From: Campylobacterota bacterium
Lineage (GTDB): Bacteria > Campylobacterota > Campylobacteria > Campylobacterales > Sulfurimonadaceae
Reading direction: 5' to 3'
Assembly (NCBI GenBank): GCA_034717975.1
Contig: JAYEMF010000062.1
Coordinates: 1-16,281, forward strand
Length of the DNA stretch: 16,281 nucleotides
The translations under genes and the position numbers were made by a program. Below are positions 8,858-16,281 of the stretch, one piece after another. The notes beneath the pieces were generated by a model, which was given only the letters and a program-made list of their open reading frames with translations, was not told the DNA's origin and did not search any database. Numbering within the stretch: position 1 is the first letter of the stretch; each line of letters begins with the position of its first letter.

Positions 8858-9008
8858 CACGGTAATTCAAAACTCACCTCTGTTTAAGGTGTACGCTCTG
8901 TCATTCCTGCGAAGGCAGGAATCTTGAGTGTTTGAGGCTTAGATTCCTGCCTTCGCAGGAATGACGGCATGCGCTATTTTATATAAATCTTAGTTTTGAT
9001 TTACCGTG
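8858..9008. mobile_element. MITE-like non-autonomous element (151 bp) with 17-bp terminal inverted repeats
   Basis: CACGGTAATTCAAAACT (8858-8874) matches the reverse complement of AGTTTTGATTTACCGTG (8992-9008) at 16 of 17 positions. No clear target-site duplication. Confidence 0.6.
8900..8965. repeat. REP-like palindromic doublet (perfect 25-bp inverted repeat, 16-nt spacer)
   Basis: GTCATTCCTGCGAAGGCAGGAATCT (8900-8924) and its exact reverse complement (8941-8965). Each arm is itself a hairpin, ATTCCTGC-N4-GCAGGAAT. Confidence 0.92.
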
Positions 9009-9162
9009 TGATGATACGAAAGAGAACCCTTATGAAAAAAATAGTTCGAACGTGTCATCATACGTACTACTGCAACATCGGTGACAAAGTCACCGTTTTC
9101 TCCAGCGAAAACCTCAAATAATGCACTTCCCCGGAAGTGTTCACAAACGAGGTGCTGAATCT

Positions 9163-11136
9163 TCACTTGTTCGACTTTATGAACGTTTCGATCTTATGAG
9201 CAAGTTCGTCCAAAGTCTCTTTGCCGGCATGGCGTGAGTATCTGGCCATATGGTAGAGCTCATTGATGCGTTCAAGGACGTTATATTCCGGATGTAGTGC
9301 CATCGCACGATGCAACAGTGCATCCATCGTCTCACCTTGCCCCCTGCTGATCCCTTTTTGTCGCAACAGTGTAATCAGAAGATCCATTTTGTACAGTAGA
9401 GGATCTCTGTATTTTCGCTTTTGTGCCACGATAAAGAGGCCGATGCACAGGAGGGTGAAGAGCAGGAAAGAGCCGACAAACTTTAGTAAAAAGAGGGTGT
9501 CTTCCAGCAGTGTCTTCAGCAGTGTCAACTGTTTGAAACGGCTATATTGTAAAATCCAGGTATCGATTGTATATTTGGCGTACATATAGTAGAGATTGCT
9601 CTGCTGCCACACTTTTTGGAAGAGACTCTGCTCTTGGGCAGTTAGGTTTTGCATGGTGGTAAGGATATTGTCCGGACTGGCAACAGCCTTGAGCGCCGTG
9701 GATGTCGGCTCGTACCGGACCCATCCGCGCTGATCGATGTAAAGCTCTACCCAGGCATGGGCATTGGCCTCTTTAATGACAAGATAATTATTGACAGCAC
9801 TGGAACGTTCGGCTTTGAAGCCGGTTATGATGCGTGAAGGAAGGCCGATCAGACGTGCAGCAGTCGCAAAAGCGGCGGCGAAATGGACACAGTAGCCGAC
9901 TTTGGAATCATGTAAAAATGAGTCAACAGGATGGGCAAGGTCAATCGGCTCCGGTTTGAGGGAGTAGGTAAGCTCCAAAGAGCTGAAATAGGATAAAAGT
10001 CTATCGGCTTTGAGCTGGTCGGGATCCTCTTCATTGATGATTGAGTGCAATGCTCTGGCCGTGACAGGATCACGTTCCGGATCGGCTTCCAGCGACTCTT
10101 CGGCAAAAATGGCCGAATCATCCAGCTGTAAACTGTACTGCAGTGCCGACATCCCCCTGTAGCGGCGAATCTCATTGATACGTTCATAAGAAGTTGTCAT
10201 CAGATCGGCATCAATAGATGACTTTGCCGGTCTGTAAAGTGGCATATCCAGCATATAGAGCCACTTCTGCCGATGGGGATAGAGTGTTACCTGATAGTGA
10301 ATCACACCGGCGGTATCAAGCAGCTGTGCAGAGAGAGAACCTTTAGGGCGCAGCGATGTCGGCAGGGTGTTCCAGGAAGTTCTCTTATCGACATAGAGTG
10401 CGCTGCCGCGAAAGTAGAGAAGCTCATCAGGCGGTACCTCTTTTTGAAAAGCCACCTCCATAACTACTTTTTGCGAAGGGATGAGCAGCGCTTTGGAATC
10501 CAGGTGCATGGTGCCGTCATGGCCGGTGCGTTTAACGTGTTCCCCTTTAAAACCAAACTCGGCTTTTTTGAAAGAGACCCGCGGGAAGACCATAAAGAGC
10601 AACGCGACGATAGGCAGTGAGAAGGTGAAGAGCATCACGGTGACTTTGACCGCTTCGGCCAGTGAGGCCTGCATTCGCTGCCATAGCAGCAGCAAAACGA
10701 GCCCAAACAGTGCACTCAAAGCATAAAAAAGCATCGTAATGGAATTAAAAAAGAAAAAGGAGAGCATAAGCAAAAGTGCAGGAGAGATCAGCAGATAAAA
10801 ATTTATTTTCCTGCTCAGGCGCTGTAAGGTGATGGCATATATCAAGAGCGAAATAAGGAAAGAGATGAACACAAGCAATCGGGAGAAACTGGCAAGGTTG
10901 TATTCGGCAAAAAAGCTCAAGGCTATGGCAGCGATACCTGCGACAGCGGTTAAAAGTATGAGCCCTTTGGAGCTTTTCTGTTTAAAAATCACTATAACCG
11001 ACAACAAGAGATAGATCAGCATAGGTACTTTCAGGATAAAGAGGTGCGGCAGAAGCGCCAACAAGAGGGCAAGATCAAGCAGTGCCTGTCGTGATGGAGG
11101 CTTTTCAGTATTTGGCAAGTATTTCAAGTATCGCAT
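9163..11136 (-). CDS. tgpA: Membrane transglutaminase-like protein (TgpA/DUF3488 plus transglutaminase core)
   Basis: Multi-TM N-terminus ending in LFMVFPR; LYFRG; catalytic motifs GYCVHFA, AHAWVE and GWVRYEPT; C-terminal TM helix. Start overlaps the DUF58 gene by 32 nt. Confidence 0.88.
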   Translation of the reverse strand: MRYLKYLPNTEKPPSRQALLDLALLLALLPHLFILKVPMLIYLLLSVIVIFKQKSSKGLILLTAVAGIAAIALSFFAEYNLASFSRLLVFISFLISLLIYAITLQRLSRKINFYLLISPALLLMLSFFFFNSITMLFYALSALFGLVLLLLWQRMQASLAEAVKVTVMLFTFSLPIVALLFMVFPRVSFKKAEFGFKGEHVKRTGHDGTMHLDSKALLIPSQKVVMEVAFQKEVPPDELLYFRGSALYVDKRTSWNTLPTSLRPKGSLSAQLLDTAGVIHYQVTLYPHRQKWLYMLDMPLYRPAKSSIDADLMTTSYERINEIRRYRGMSALQYSLQLDDSAIFAEESLEADPERDPVTARALHSIINEEDPDQLKADRLLSYFSSLELTYSLKPEPIDLAHPVDSFLHDSKVGYCVHFAAAFATAARLIGLPSRIITGFKAERSSAVNNYLVIKEANAHAWVELYIDQRGWVRYEPTSTALKAVASPDNILTTMQNLTAQEQSLFQKVWQQSNLYYMYAKYTIDTWILQYSRFKQLTLLKTLLEDTLFLLKFVGSFLLFTLLCIGLFIVAQKRKYRDPLLYKMDLLITLLRQKGISRGQGETMDALLHRAMALHPEYNVLERINELYHMARYSRHAGKETLDELAHKIETFIKSNK

Positions 11137-11980
11137 CGGTACTCATTTTGGTCGAATCCATTTTCTCTCCGGCTATCTGAATGATAAAAGGTATCCCTTT
11201 TTGTTCACACTCCAAGATCCAGAGGGTCAGCTGGGAGAGTCTGCTCTCATCGTTGTCGCCGGCTGTGAGAAAGTCAAAATGGAGTTTATGACTTCTCTCG
11301 TTATAGAGAAATTCCTTGCTCATCAGATCGCTCCCCTTTGCCACTGAGGCCCAATGGATCAGTGAGAGCGGGTCCCCTTTTTGATAGCTGCGAATACCTT
11401 CGAAATCATCCTGCTCTCCGGTTGTCGCTCTGTTTATGGAGCTTAGAGTCTCGAGAGATTCGCCTTTTGGCTCAGGATAGACGGTAATGGATGATGGCAG
11501 ATCGATCTCTCTGTAAAGCAGTTCATGGGGCAGGGGAAAATGGCTGCCAAGCTGTATCGGCGGCAGAGGTATAACACCGCGCAGAGGTGCGCTTATCTCA
11601 AGATGAACGACACTGTGATGCTGCGGAGAGAGTCTGTCAATGTTCTGGCTGCCTGTTCCATCACTGATCTCTAGCGCGTAACTGGTTCTCGAAGCAGAGG
11701 GATTGAAGAGCTGAAGGGTATAGGATGAGGGGGTTTGTGCAAAAAAACGTTTCTGTGAGAGCAGTGTCAGTTTCAAATCCAGGAGGTTAAATCGGCCAAT
11801 GATACTCGAAGCACCGGCAAGTGAAAAAATGAAAAACATCATCAGGTAGACTATATTGTAGTTGTGCATATATGCCAGCATAAAAAGAGCGATGATGGCA
11901 ATGACAAGCAGTGGAAAATAGCGAGTCGGGCGCGTTTTGACCGCTTTAAGAATCCGGATGGACGTTTGCAAGAATTTCAT
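11105..11980 (-). CDS. DUF58 domain membrane protein
   Basis: Two N-terminal TM helices; RG..., VYPEP and DFEGIRSYQKGD...IHW..AK...SKEF motifs. ATG 11980 is preferred over 12040. Lies between moxR and tgpA. Confidence 0.88.
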   Translation of the reverse strand: MKFLQTSIRILKAVKTRPTRYFPLLVIAIIALFMLAYMHNYNIVYLMMFFIFSLAGASSIIGRFNLLDLKLTLLSQKRFFAQTPSSYTLQLFNPSASRTSYALEISDGTGSQNIDRLSPQHHSVVHLEISAPLRGVIPLPPIQLGSHFPLPHELLYREIDLPSSITVYPEPKGESLETLSSINRATTGEQDDFEGIRSYQKGDPLSLIHWASVAKGSDLMSKEFLYNERSHKLHFDFLTAGDNDESRLSQLTLWILECEQKGIPFIIQIAGEKMDSTKMSTDAILEILAKY

Positions 11981-12863
11981 TGGCGATCTCTTTGGGATCC
12001 GCACTGCTGCTTTTTGACTTGAGACGGTGCGAGGTGACAAAAGGGAGCAGGTAGCTGATATCGGCAGGGGTTACAAAATCACGGCCTTCTATGAGTGCCC
12101 ACGCTTTGGCAAGATTGGTCAATGAAATGGCTCCCCTGGTAGAGAGCCCGCTTTTGTAAAGCCCGCTGCTGCGTGTAAAATCCAAAATCTCCTGAAGGTA
12201 GTCGAGCAGGGCATCGCTGAGGTGGATATTGGCGGCCTCGTCTTGAAGCTGTATGATGGCATCACTCTCCAGAGGTATCAGCTCTTCAGGTGTGTAGTGC
12301 TTTTTTGCACGCAGTATGGAACGTTCAGCTTTATGGGAAGGGTAGCCCAGTGAGAAAGAGAGCATGAACCTGTCGAGCTGGGAGTCCGGAAGTTCAAAGG
12401 TGCCGACCTCTTCAAACGGATTTTTGGTTGCTATGACGAAAAAAGGCTCCGGCAGCGGCATGGTCTTGGCATCGATACTGACCTGATGCTCCTCCATCGC
12501 TTCAAGCAGGGCACTCTGGGTTTTTGGCGTGGCCCGATTGATCTCATCGGCGAGCAGAAACTGGGTGAAAAGCGGCCCTTTTTTAAAAATAAAAGAGGAG
12601 CTTTTCGTATCAAAATAGTTAATGCCGAGAATATCTGAAGGCAGCAGGTCCGAGGTGAACTGGACACGGCTGTAACCGAGTCCGAGTACGCGGCTGAGTG
12701 TCTTGGCCAGCATCGTTTTTCCGACACCGGGAAGGTCCTCTATCAGCAGATGGCCTTTCGCCAGAAAAACGGCTAAAGCAAGCTTCACCTGCTCATCTTT
12801 CCCCTGAATGATCTTGGCTGTTTCACAGATTGCCTGGGCAATCAGATCTGAACTTTTTTTCAT
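11946..12863 (-). CDS. moxR: MoxR-family AAA+ ATPase
   Basis: GHLLIEDLPGVGKT (Walker A), RVQFTSDLLPSDI, LADEINRATPKTQSALLEAMEE, PFFVIAT.NP and QLDRF motifs. Confidence 0.95.
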   Translation of the reverse strand: MKKSSDLIAQAICETAKIIQGKDEQVKLALAVFLAKGHLLIEDLPGVGKTMLAKTLSRVLGLGYSRVQFTSDLLPSDILGINYFDTKSSSFIFKKGPLFTQFLLADEINRATPKTQSALLEAMEEHQVSIDAKTMPLPEPFFVIATKNPFEEVGTFELPDSQLDRFMLSFSLGYPSHKAERSILRAKKHYTPEELIPLESDAIIQLQDEAANIHLSDALLDYLQEILDFTRSSGLYKSGLSTRGAISLTNLAKAWALIEGRDFVTPADISYLLPFVTSHRLKSKSSSADPKEIANEILANVHPDS

Positions 12864-12890
12864 AAAAACCTTTAAGAGAACAACAGTTAC

Positions 12891-12899
12891 ATCTTAGCA
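12891..12899 (-). promoter_or_regulatory. Extended -10 candidate for the moxR-DUF58-tgpA operon
   Basis: TGCTAAGAT on the minus strand, 27 nt upstream of the moxR ATG, with AT-rich sequence upstream. Confidence 0.45.
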
Positions 12900-12990
12900 G
12901 TAAAGAATTATCTTTACTTTAAAGCTGAGTTTTTTACAAGATTCGATAAAAAATATAAGAGTAGGAAGATAAAGTTGAAAGAGTGAAAGC

Positions 12991-13734
12991 TTAGAGGTTA
13001 AGCCAGGTATGTGCAACTGCTTTCAGGGCATCCGGATTCTCTGAAGCAAACAGTTTGAGTTCGGTATCTTCAAAACGTTTTGCAAAGTCATAATGCTTCT
13101 CAAGATACTCGACGATGGCTTCACCGGAGTGGATCAATATGCTTCGATTGTCAAAATAGTTCCCGATAGCATCGGTGATAAGCGGAAAGTGGGTGCAGCC
13201 GAGGATAATGGCATCTGGCAGTGCCAGATCATTGAAATAGTGCTGCATCGTACTCTGCAGTATATCGCCATCGAACAGTCCCTCTTCGACGATCGGTACA
13301 AAGAGTCCGGTGGCTTTGGCCGTTACATTGTTATATCCATGTCTGGTGAGGAGTGAATCGTACGCTTTGGAAGCCACGGTTGCTTTTGTTCCCAAAACAA
13401 GTACATTGGCTTCTCTGTTCTGCAAAGCGTTTTCTGCAGCTAAAATCCCAGGTTCTACCACACCGATGATATCAAAAGGGGCGTGGGCCTTCATCTCATC
13501 AAGGGCGTAGGCACTGACGGTATTACAGGCGGTGATGAGGAGATCGATATCGAAGTTTTTGAAAAACTCAAGGGCTTCCAGGGAGTAGCGGATGATGGTG
13601 TTTTGATCTTTCACGCCGTAGGGAACACGGGCGGTATCGCCAAAGTAGACGATCTCTTCAAAAAGCTGATGTTCGAGCAGGGATTTGACGACGGTCAGTC
13701 CACCGATACCACTGTCAAATACACCGACTTTCAT
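12991..13734 (-). CDS. murI: Glutamate racemase
   Basis: GVFDSGIGGLTV, GDTARVPYG, ACNT and LGCTHFP motifs; both catalytic cysteines are present. Confidence 0.97.
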   Translation of the reverse strand: MKVGVFDSGIGGLTVVKSLLEHQLFEEIVYFGDTARVPYGVKDQNTIIRYSLEALEFFKNFDIDLLITACNTVSAYALDEMKAHAPFDIIGVVEPGILAAENALQNREANVLVLGTKATVASKAYDSLLTRHGYNNVTAKATGLFVPIVEEGLFDGDILQSTMQHYFNDLALPDAIILGCTHFPLITDAIGNYFDNRSILIHSGEAIVEYLEKHYDFAKRFEDTELKLFASENPDALKAVAHTWLNL

Positions 13735-13754
13735 AATTCACCTTTTGGCAGATT

Positions 13755-13850
13755 AGGGAAGAGGGAAGGGGAAAGGGGAAAGGGGATTGTCATCAGTTCT
13801 TTTTTATTCATGTTCTCTTCCCTCTTTCCACTTTCCTCTTTCCACTTCAC
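13755..13850. repeat. Inverted arrays of degenerate 7-mer tandem repeats between rho and murI
   Basis: AGGGAAG-AGGGAAG-GGGAAAG-GGGAAAG-GGGA (13755-13786) faces CTTCCCT-CTTTCCA-CTTTCCT-CTTTCCA-CTTCAC (13817-13850). A small hairpin GTGCC-AGA-GGCAC lies at 13852-13864. Confidence 0.85.
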
Positions 13851-13865
13851 CGTGCCAGAGGCACA

Positions 13866-15182
13866 CTAGCCGTTATTCATACTTTCAAGAAATTCATCAT
13901 TGCTCTTGCTTTTTTGCATCGTCGTGTAGAGGAATTTGAGCGCTTCGACTTCATCGGCCTGTTTATGCAGCATAGAGCGGAGGATAAATACTTTTTGAAG
14001 GATATCCGGACCGATAAGGAGCTCCTCTTTACGTGTACCCGATTTGAGGATATCGATCGCCGGGAAGATACGGCGGTCGGCGATGGCACGGCTGAGAACT
14101 ACTTCCGAGTTACCGGTTCCTTTGAACTCTTCGAAGATCACCTCGTCCATACGGCTTCCGGTCTCGATCAGAGCCGTTGCGATGATGGTGAGGCTTCCGC
14201 CGTTTTCGATGTTACGTGCCGCACCGAAGAAGCGTTTTGGTTTGTGCAGGGCGTTGGCATCGACACCACCGGAGAGGACTTTACCGCTTGATGGCGTGAC
14301 GGTGTTATAGGCGCGAGCAAGACGGGTGATGGAGTCAAGCAGGATGATGACATCTTTACCGATCTCGACACGGCGCTTGGCACGTTCTATAACCATCTCA
14401 GCGACTTTAACATGGTTCTTGGCCGGCATATCGAAGGTTGAGCTGTAGACTTCACCTTTGACAGAACGCTCCATGTCTGTTACCTCTTCGGGACGTTCAT
14501 CGACAAGCAGTACCATCAGTTCCGCTTCAGGGTGATTGTGTGAAATACCGTGGGCCATCTCTTTCATCAGTTCGGTCTTACCTGAACGAGGCGGTGCAAC
14601 GATGAGCCCGCGTTGCCCTTTACCGATAGGAGAGAAAAGGTCCATCATCCGGCCGGTCAGTTTATTGGACTGGAATTCCAGCTTGAGCTGATCGAGTGCA
14701 TAAAGTGGTGTGAGGTTTTCAAAGAGGGGACGCTTCTTGCTCTCATCCGGCGGCATGTAGTTGATCGCTTCGATCTTGAGCAGGGCATAGTAGCGCTCCT
14801 GCTCTTTTGGCGGACGGACCTGTCCGGTAACCACATCACCGTTACGCAGGGCAAATTTTCGGATCTGCGTACTTGAAACGTAGGCATCGTGCAGGGAATC
14901 GCTGAAGCTTGTATCGATTGCACGCAGGAACCCGTAACCATCTTGCATGATCTCCAGAATTCCGGTGAAAAGGATAAATCCGCCCTGTGAGACCTGTGAT
15001 TTTAATATCTCGAAGATCAGGTCCTGGCGTTTGAGTTCGTTGCGTTCTTCAATGTTGAGTTTGGCTGCGATCTCAAGAAGGTCTTCGATGCTTTTGGTAC
15101 GGAGGTCTTCGACAGAAGTGCCTTTGACAGGGGTGTGTGTACGCGATTTAGGGTTTTTGTGCTGGCGTGAATTGTCGCTCAT
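13866..15182 (-). CDS. rho: Transcription termination factor Rho
   Basis: [62 protein letters not shown] and SGTRKEELL motifs. Confidence 0.98.
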   Translation of the reverse strand: MSDNSRQHKNPKSRTHTPVKGTSVEDLRTKSIEDLLEIAAKLNIEERNELKRQDLIFEILKSQVSQGGFILFTGILEIMQDGYGFLRAIDTSFSDSLHDAYVSSTQIRKFALRNGDVVTGQVRPPKEQERYYALLKIEAINYMPPDESKKRPLFENLTPLYALDQLKLEFQSNKLTGRMMDLFSPIGKGQRGLIVAPPRSGKTELMKEMAHGISHNHPEAELMVLLVDERPEEVTDMERSVKGEVYSSTFDMPAKNHVKVAEMVIERAKRRVEIGKDVIILLDSITRLARAYNTVTPSSGKVLSGGVDANALHKPKRFFGAARNIENGGSLTIIATALIETGSRMDEVIFEEFKGTGNSEVVLSRAIADRRIFPAIDILKSGTRKEELLIGPDILQKVFILRSMLHKQADEVEALKFLYTTMQKSKSNDEFLESMNNG

Positions 15183-15258
15183 TAATTACCTTACGGAGTG
15201 TGATTTTCTGAGTAGTAGTGCTATGTGGTAGAAATCTTGGAAGTGTTTTGTTGGACGT

Positions 15259-15288
15259 ATTTTAATATAATGACTATCCTCTTGTCAA
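15259..15288 (-). promoter_or_regulatory. Sigma70-type promoter of rho
   Basis: TTGACA (15288-15283), an 18-bp spacer, then TAAAAT (15264-15259) on the minus strand. Confidence 0.6.
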
Positions 15289-15352
15289 GAAACTTCTCGA
15301 AACAGACCGCTTTTTGATATGATAATCCCAATTAAACAGGATGGAGTCCATT

Positions 15353-16255
15353 TTGAGTCAGAATATTATTGCGCTTATTTTTGATTTTGATATTACCCTT
15401 TCGCCTGAGTTTCAGCAGCAGGTTATTTTTGATGCATGGGGGATTGAAGCGGAGGCATTTTGGAAAGAGTCCAGGTCAAATATGGAGCGCGGTTATGATA
15501 TGGAACATGCCTACCTGAAAAGCTTTATTGATTATGGACGGCGTGACGAACGTTATGCCCTTAGCAATGCGAAGCTCCATAATTTTGGCGGACAGGTTCA
15601 GCTTTATGAGGGGTTGAGCCGTCGTGATGGGCAACATTCGGTCTTTGATGATCTGCAGGCTATTTTGGAGCGTGAAGAGTTTGCCGAGCATAATATGAGG
15701 CTTGAGTATTACTGTATCAGTGGTGGTCTGACCGAGATGATCAACGGTTCGTTGGCGCATCATGAACTTGAGGGGCACTTTAAAGAGGTGTTTGCCTGTT
15801 CACTGGATGAAGATGAGAAGGGCAGACTCGGCTTTGTAAAAGAGACCGTCGGTCACACCATTAAGACACAGAAGCTCTTTATGGTCGCCAAGGGTGTTTC
15901 TCCAAAAGCCGGTGACAATCCTTCTGATGTCAATGAAGTGACCACGGAGTACCGCATTCCTTTTGAAAATATGCTCTTTTTAGGTGACGGGCAGACCGAT
16001 ATCCCGGCTTTTTCACTCATTAATAAAAACGGGGGTACCTCCATTGCTGTCTATCGGGAAGTGAAACATAAAGATGGTTCAATCGATGAAGCGAAGACGC
16101 TGTATACCTATAATCAGGGCTATAAACTGGCCGTCGAAGCCAAACGGGCAGAACAGATCCTGCCGGCTGATTACTCCAGCGGTAAACCGCTGAAGATGGC
16201 ACTGTTGGGTTATGTGGAAAAAATTGCCAGAGATATTGTTCAGCGCACCGGGTAA
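15353..16255 (+). CDS. HAD-superfamily hydrolase
   Basis: Motif I FDFDITL, motif II ISGG, motif III K (IKTQ), motif IV GDGQTD. TTG 15353 has GGAG 6 nt upstream and is preferred over ATG 15341. Confidence 0.85.
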   Translation: MSQNIIALIFDFDITLSPEFQQQVIFDAWGIEAEAFWKESRSNMERGYDMEHAYLKSFIDYGRRDERYALSNAKLHNFGGQVQLYEGLSRRDGQHSVFDDLQAILEREEFAEHNMRLEYYCISGGLTEMINGSLAHHELEGHFKEVFACSLDEDEKGRLGFVKETVGHTIKTQKLFMVAKGVSPKAGDNPSDVNEVTTEYRIPFENMLFLGDGQTDIPAFSLINKNGGTSIAVYREVKHKDGSIDEAKTLYTYNQGYKLAVEAKRAEQILPADYSSGKPLKMALLGYVEKIARDIVQRTG

Positions 16256-16281
16256 GACGAAGAGATGAGACAGACTGTTCT

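Noticed and set aside
8900..8965. CRISPR array
   Set aside because: Only two copies, inverted rather than direct, with a 16-nt spacer and no cas genes.
9704..9712. Glu instead of Asp at the third catalytic position of TgpA (EPT versus DPT)
   Set aside because: To my knowledge EPT variants are common in bacterial transglutaminase-like proteins, and the Cys and His are intact.
12854..12860. Homopolymer at the moxR start as a phase-variation tract
   Set aside because: Only 7 A residues in Lys codons, which is ordinary; there is no long poly-G/C tract.
12958..12990. Degenerate purine repeats just after murI (GTTGAAAGAGTGAAAG)
   Set aside because: Reminiscent of the heptamer arrays but too short and irregular, with no inverted partner.
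13483..15231. Antisense and alternate-frame ORFs over murI and rho (and similar ones over other genes)
   Set aside because: They are shadows of well-supported genes with no recognisable motifs.
16265..16281. Possible start of the next gene (ATG AGA CAG ACT GTT)
   Set aside because: Only five codons lie inside the window, too few to support a call.

Overview
This looks like chromosomal DNA from a Campylobacterota bacterium (Sulfurimonas/Sulfurovum-like). That is inferred from the AHQWRQPL kinase H-box, the Rho N-terminal RTHTPV motif, rho-murI linkage and TGnTATAAT-type promoters. In order, the window holds a 5'-truncated GGDEF-EAL gene, a Kef-type CPA2/TrkA-N antiporter and a tandem-domain USP. 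Next is a tightly coupled operon of sensor histidine kinase, TonB-dependent receptor and YfiR-like periplasmic protein, then a hypothetical protein and a 151-bp MITE-like element with a nested REP-like doublet. The rest is a moxR-DUF58-tgpA triad, murI, rho and a HAD-like hydrolase. The best candidate for an undescribed system is the kinase/TBDR/YfiR-like operon, which resembles a YfiBNR-type trans-envelope relay with a TonB receptor as input and a kinase as output. Two non-coding structures also stand out: the nested MITE/REP element, and inverted heptamer arrays between rho and murI that enclose a 26-aa ORF coupled to murI. No rRNA, tRNA, CRISPR array or transposase was seen. All family calls come from motif recognition by eye; no searches were run.
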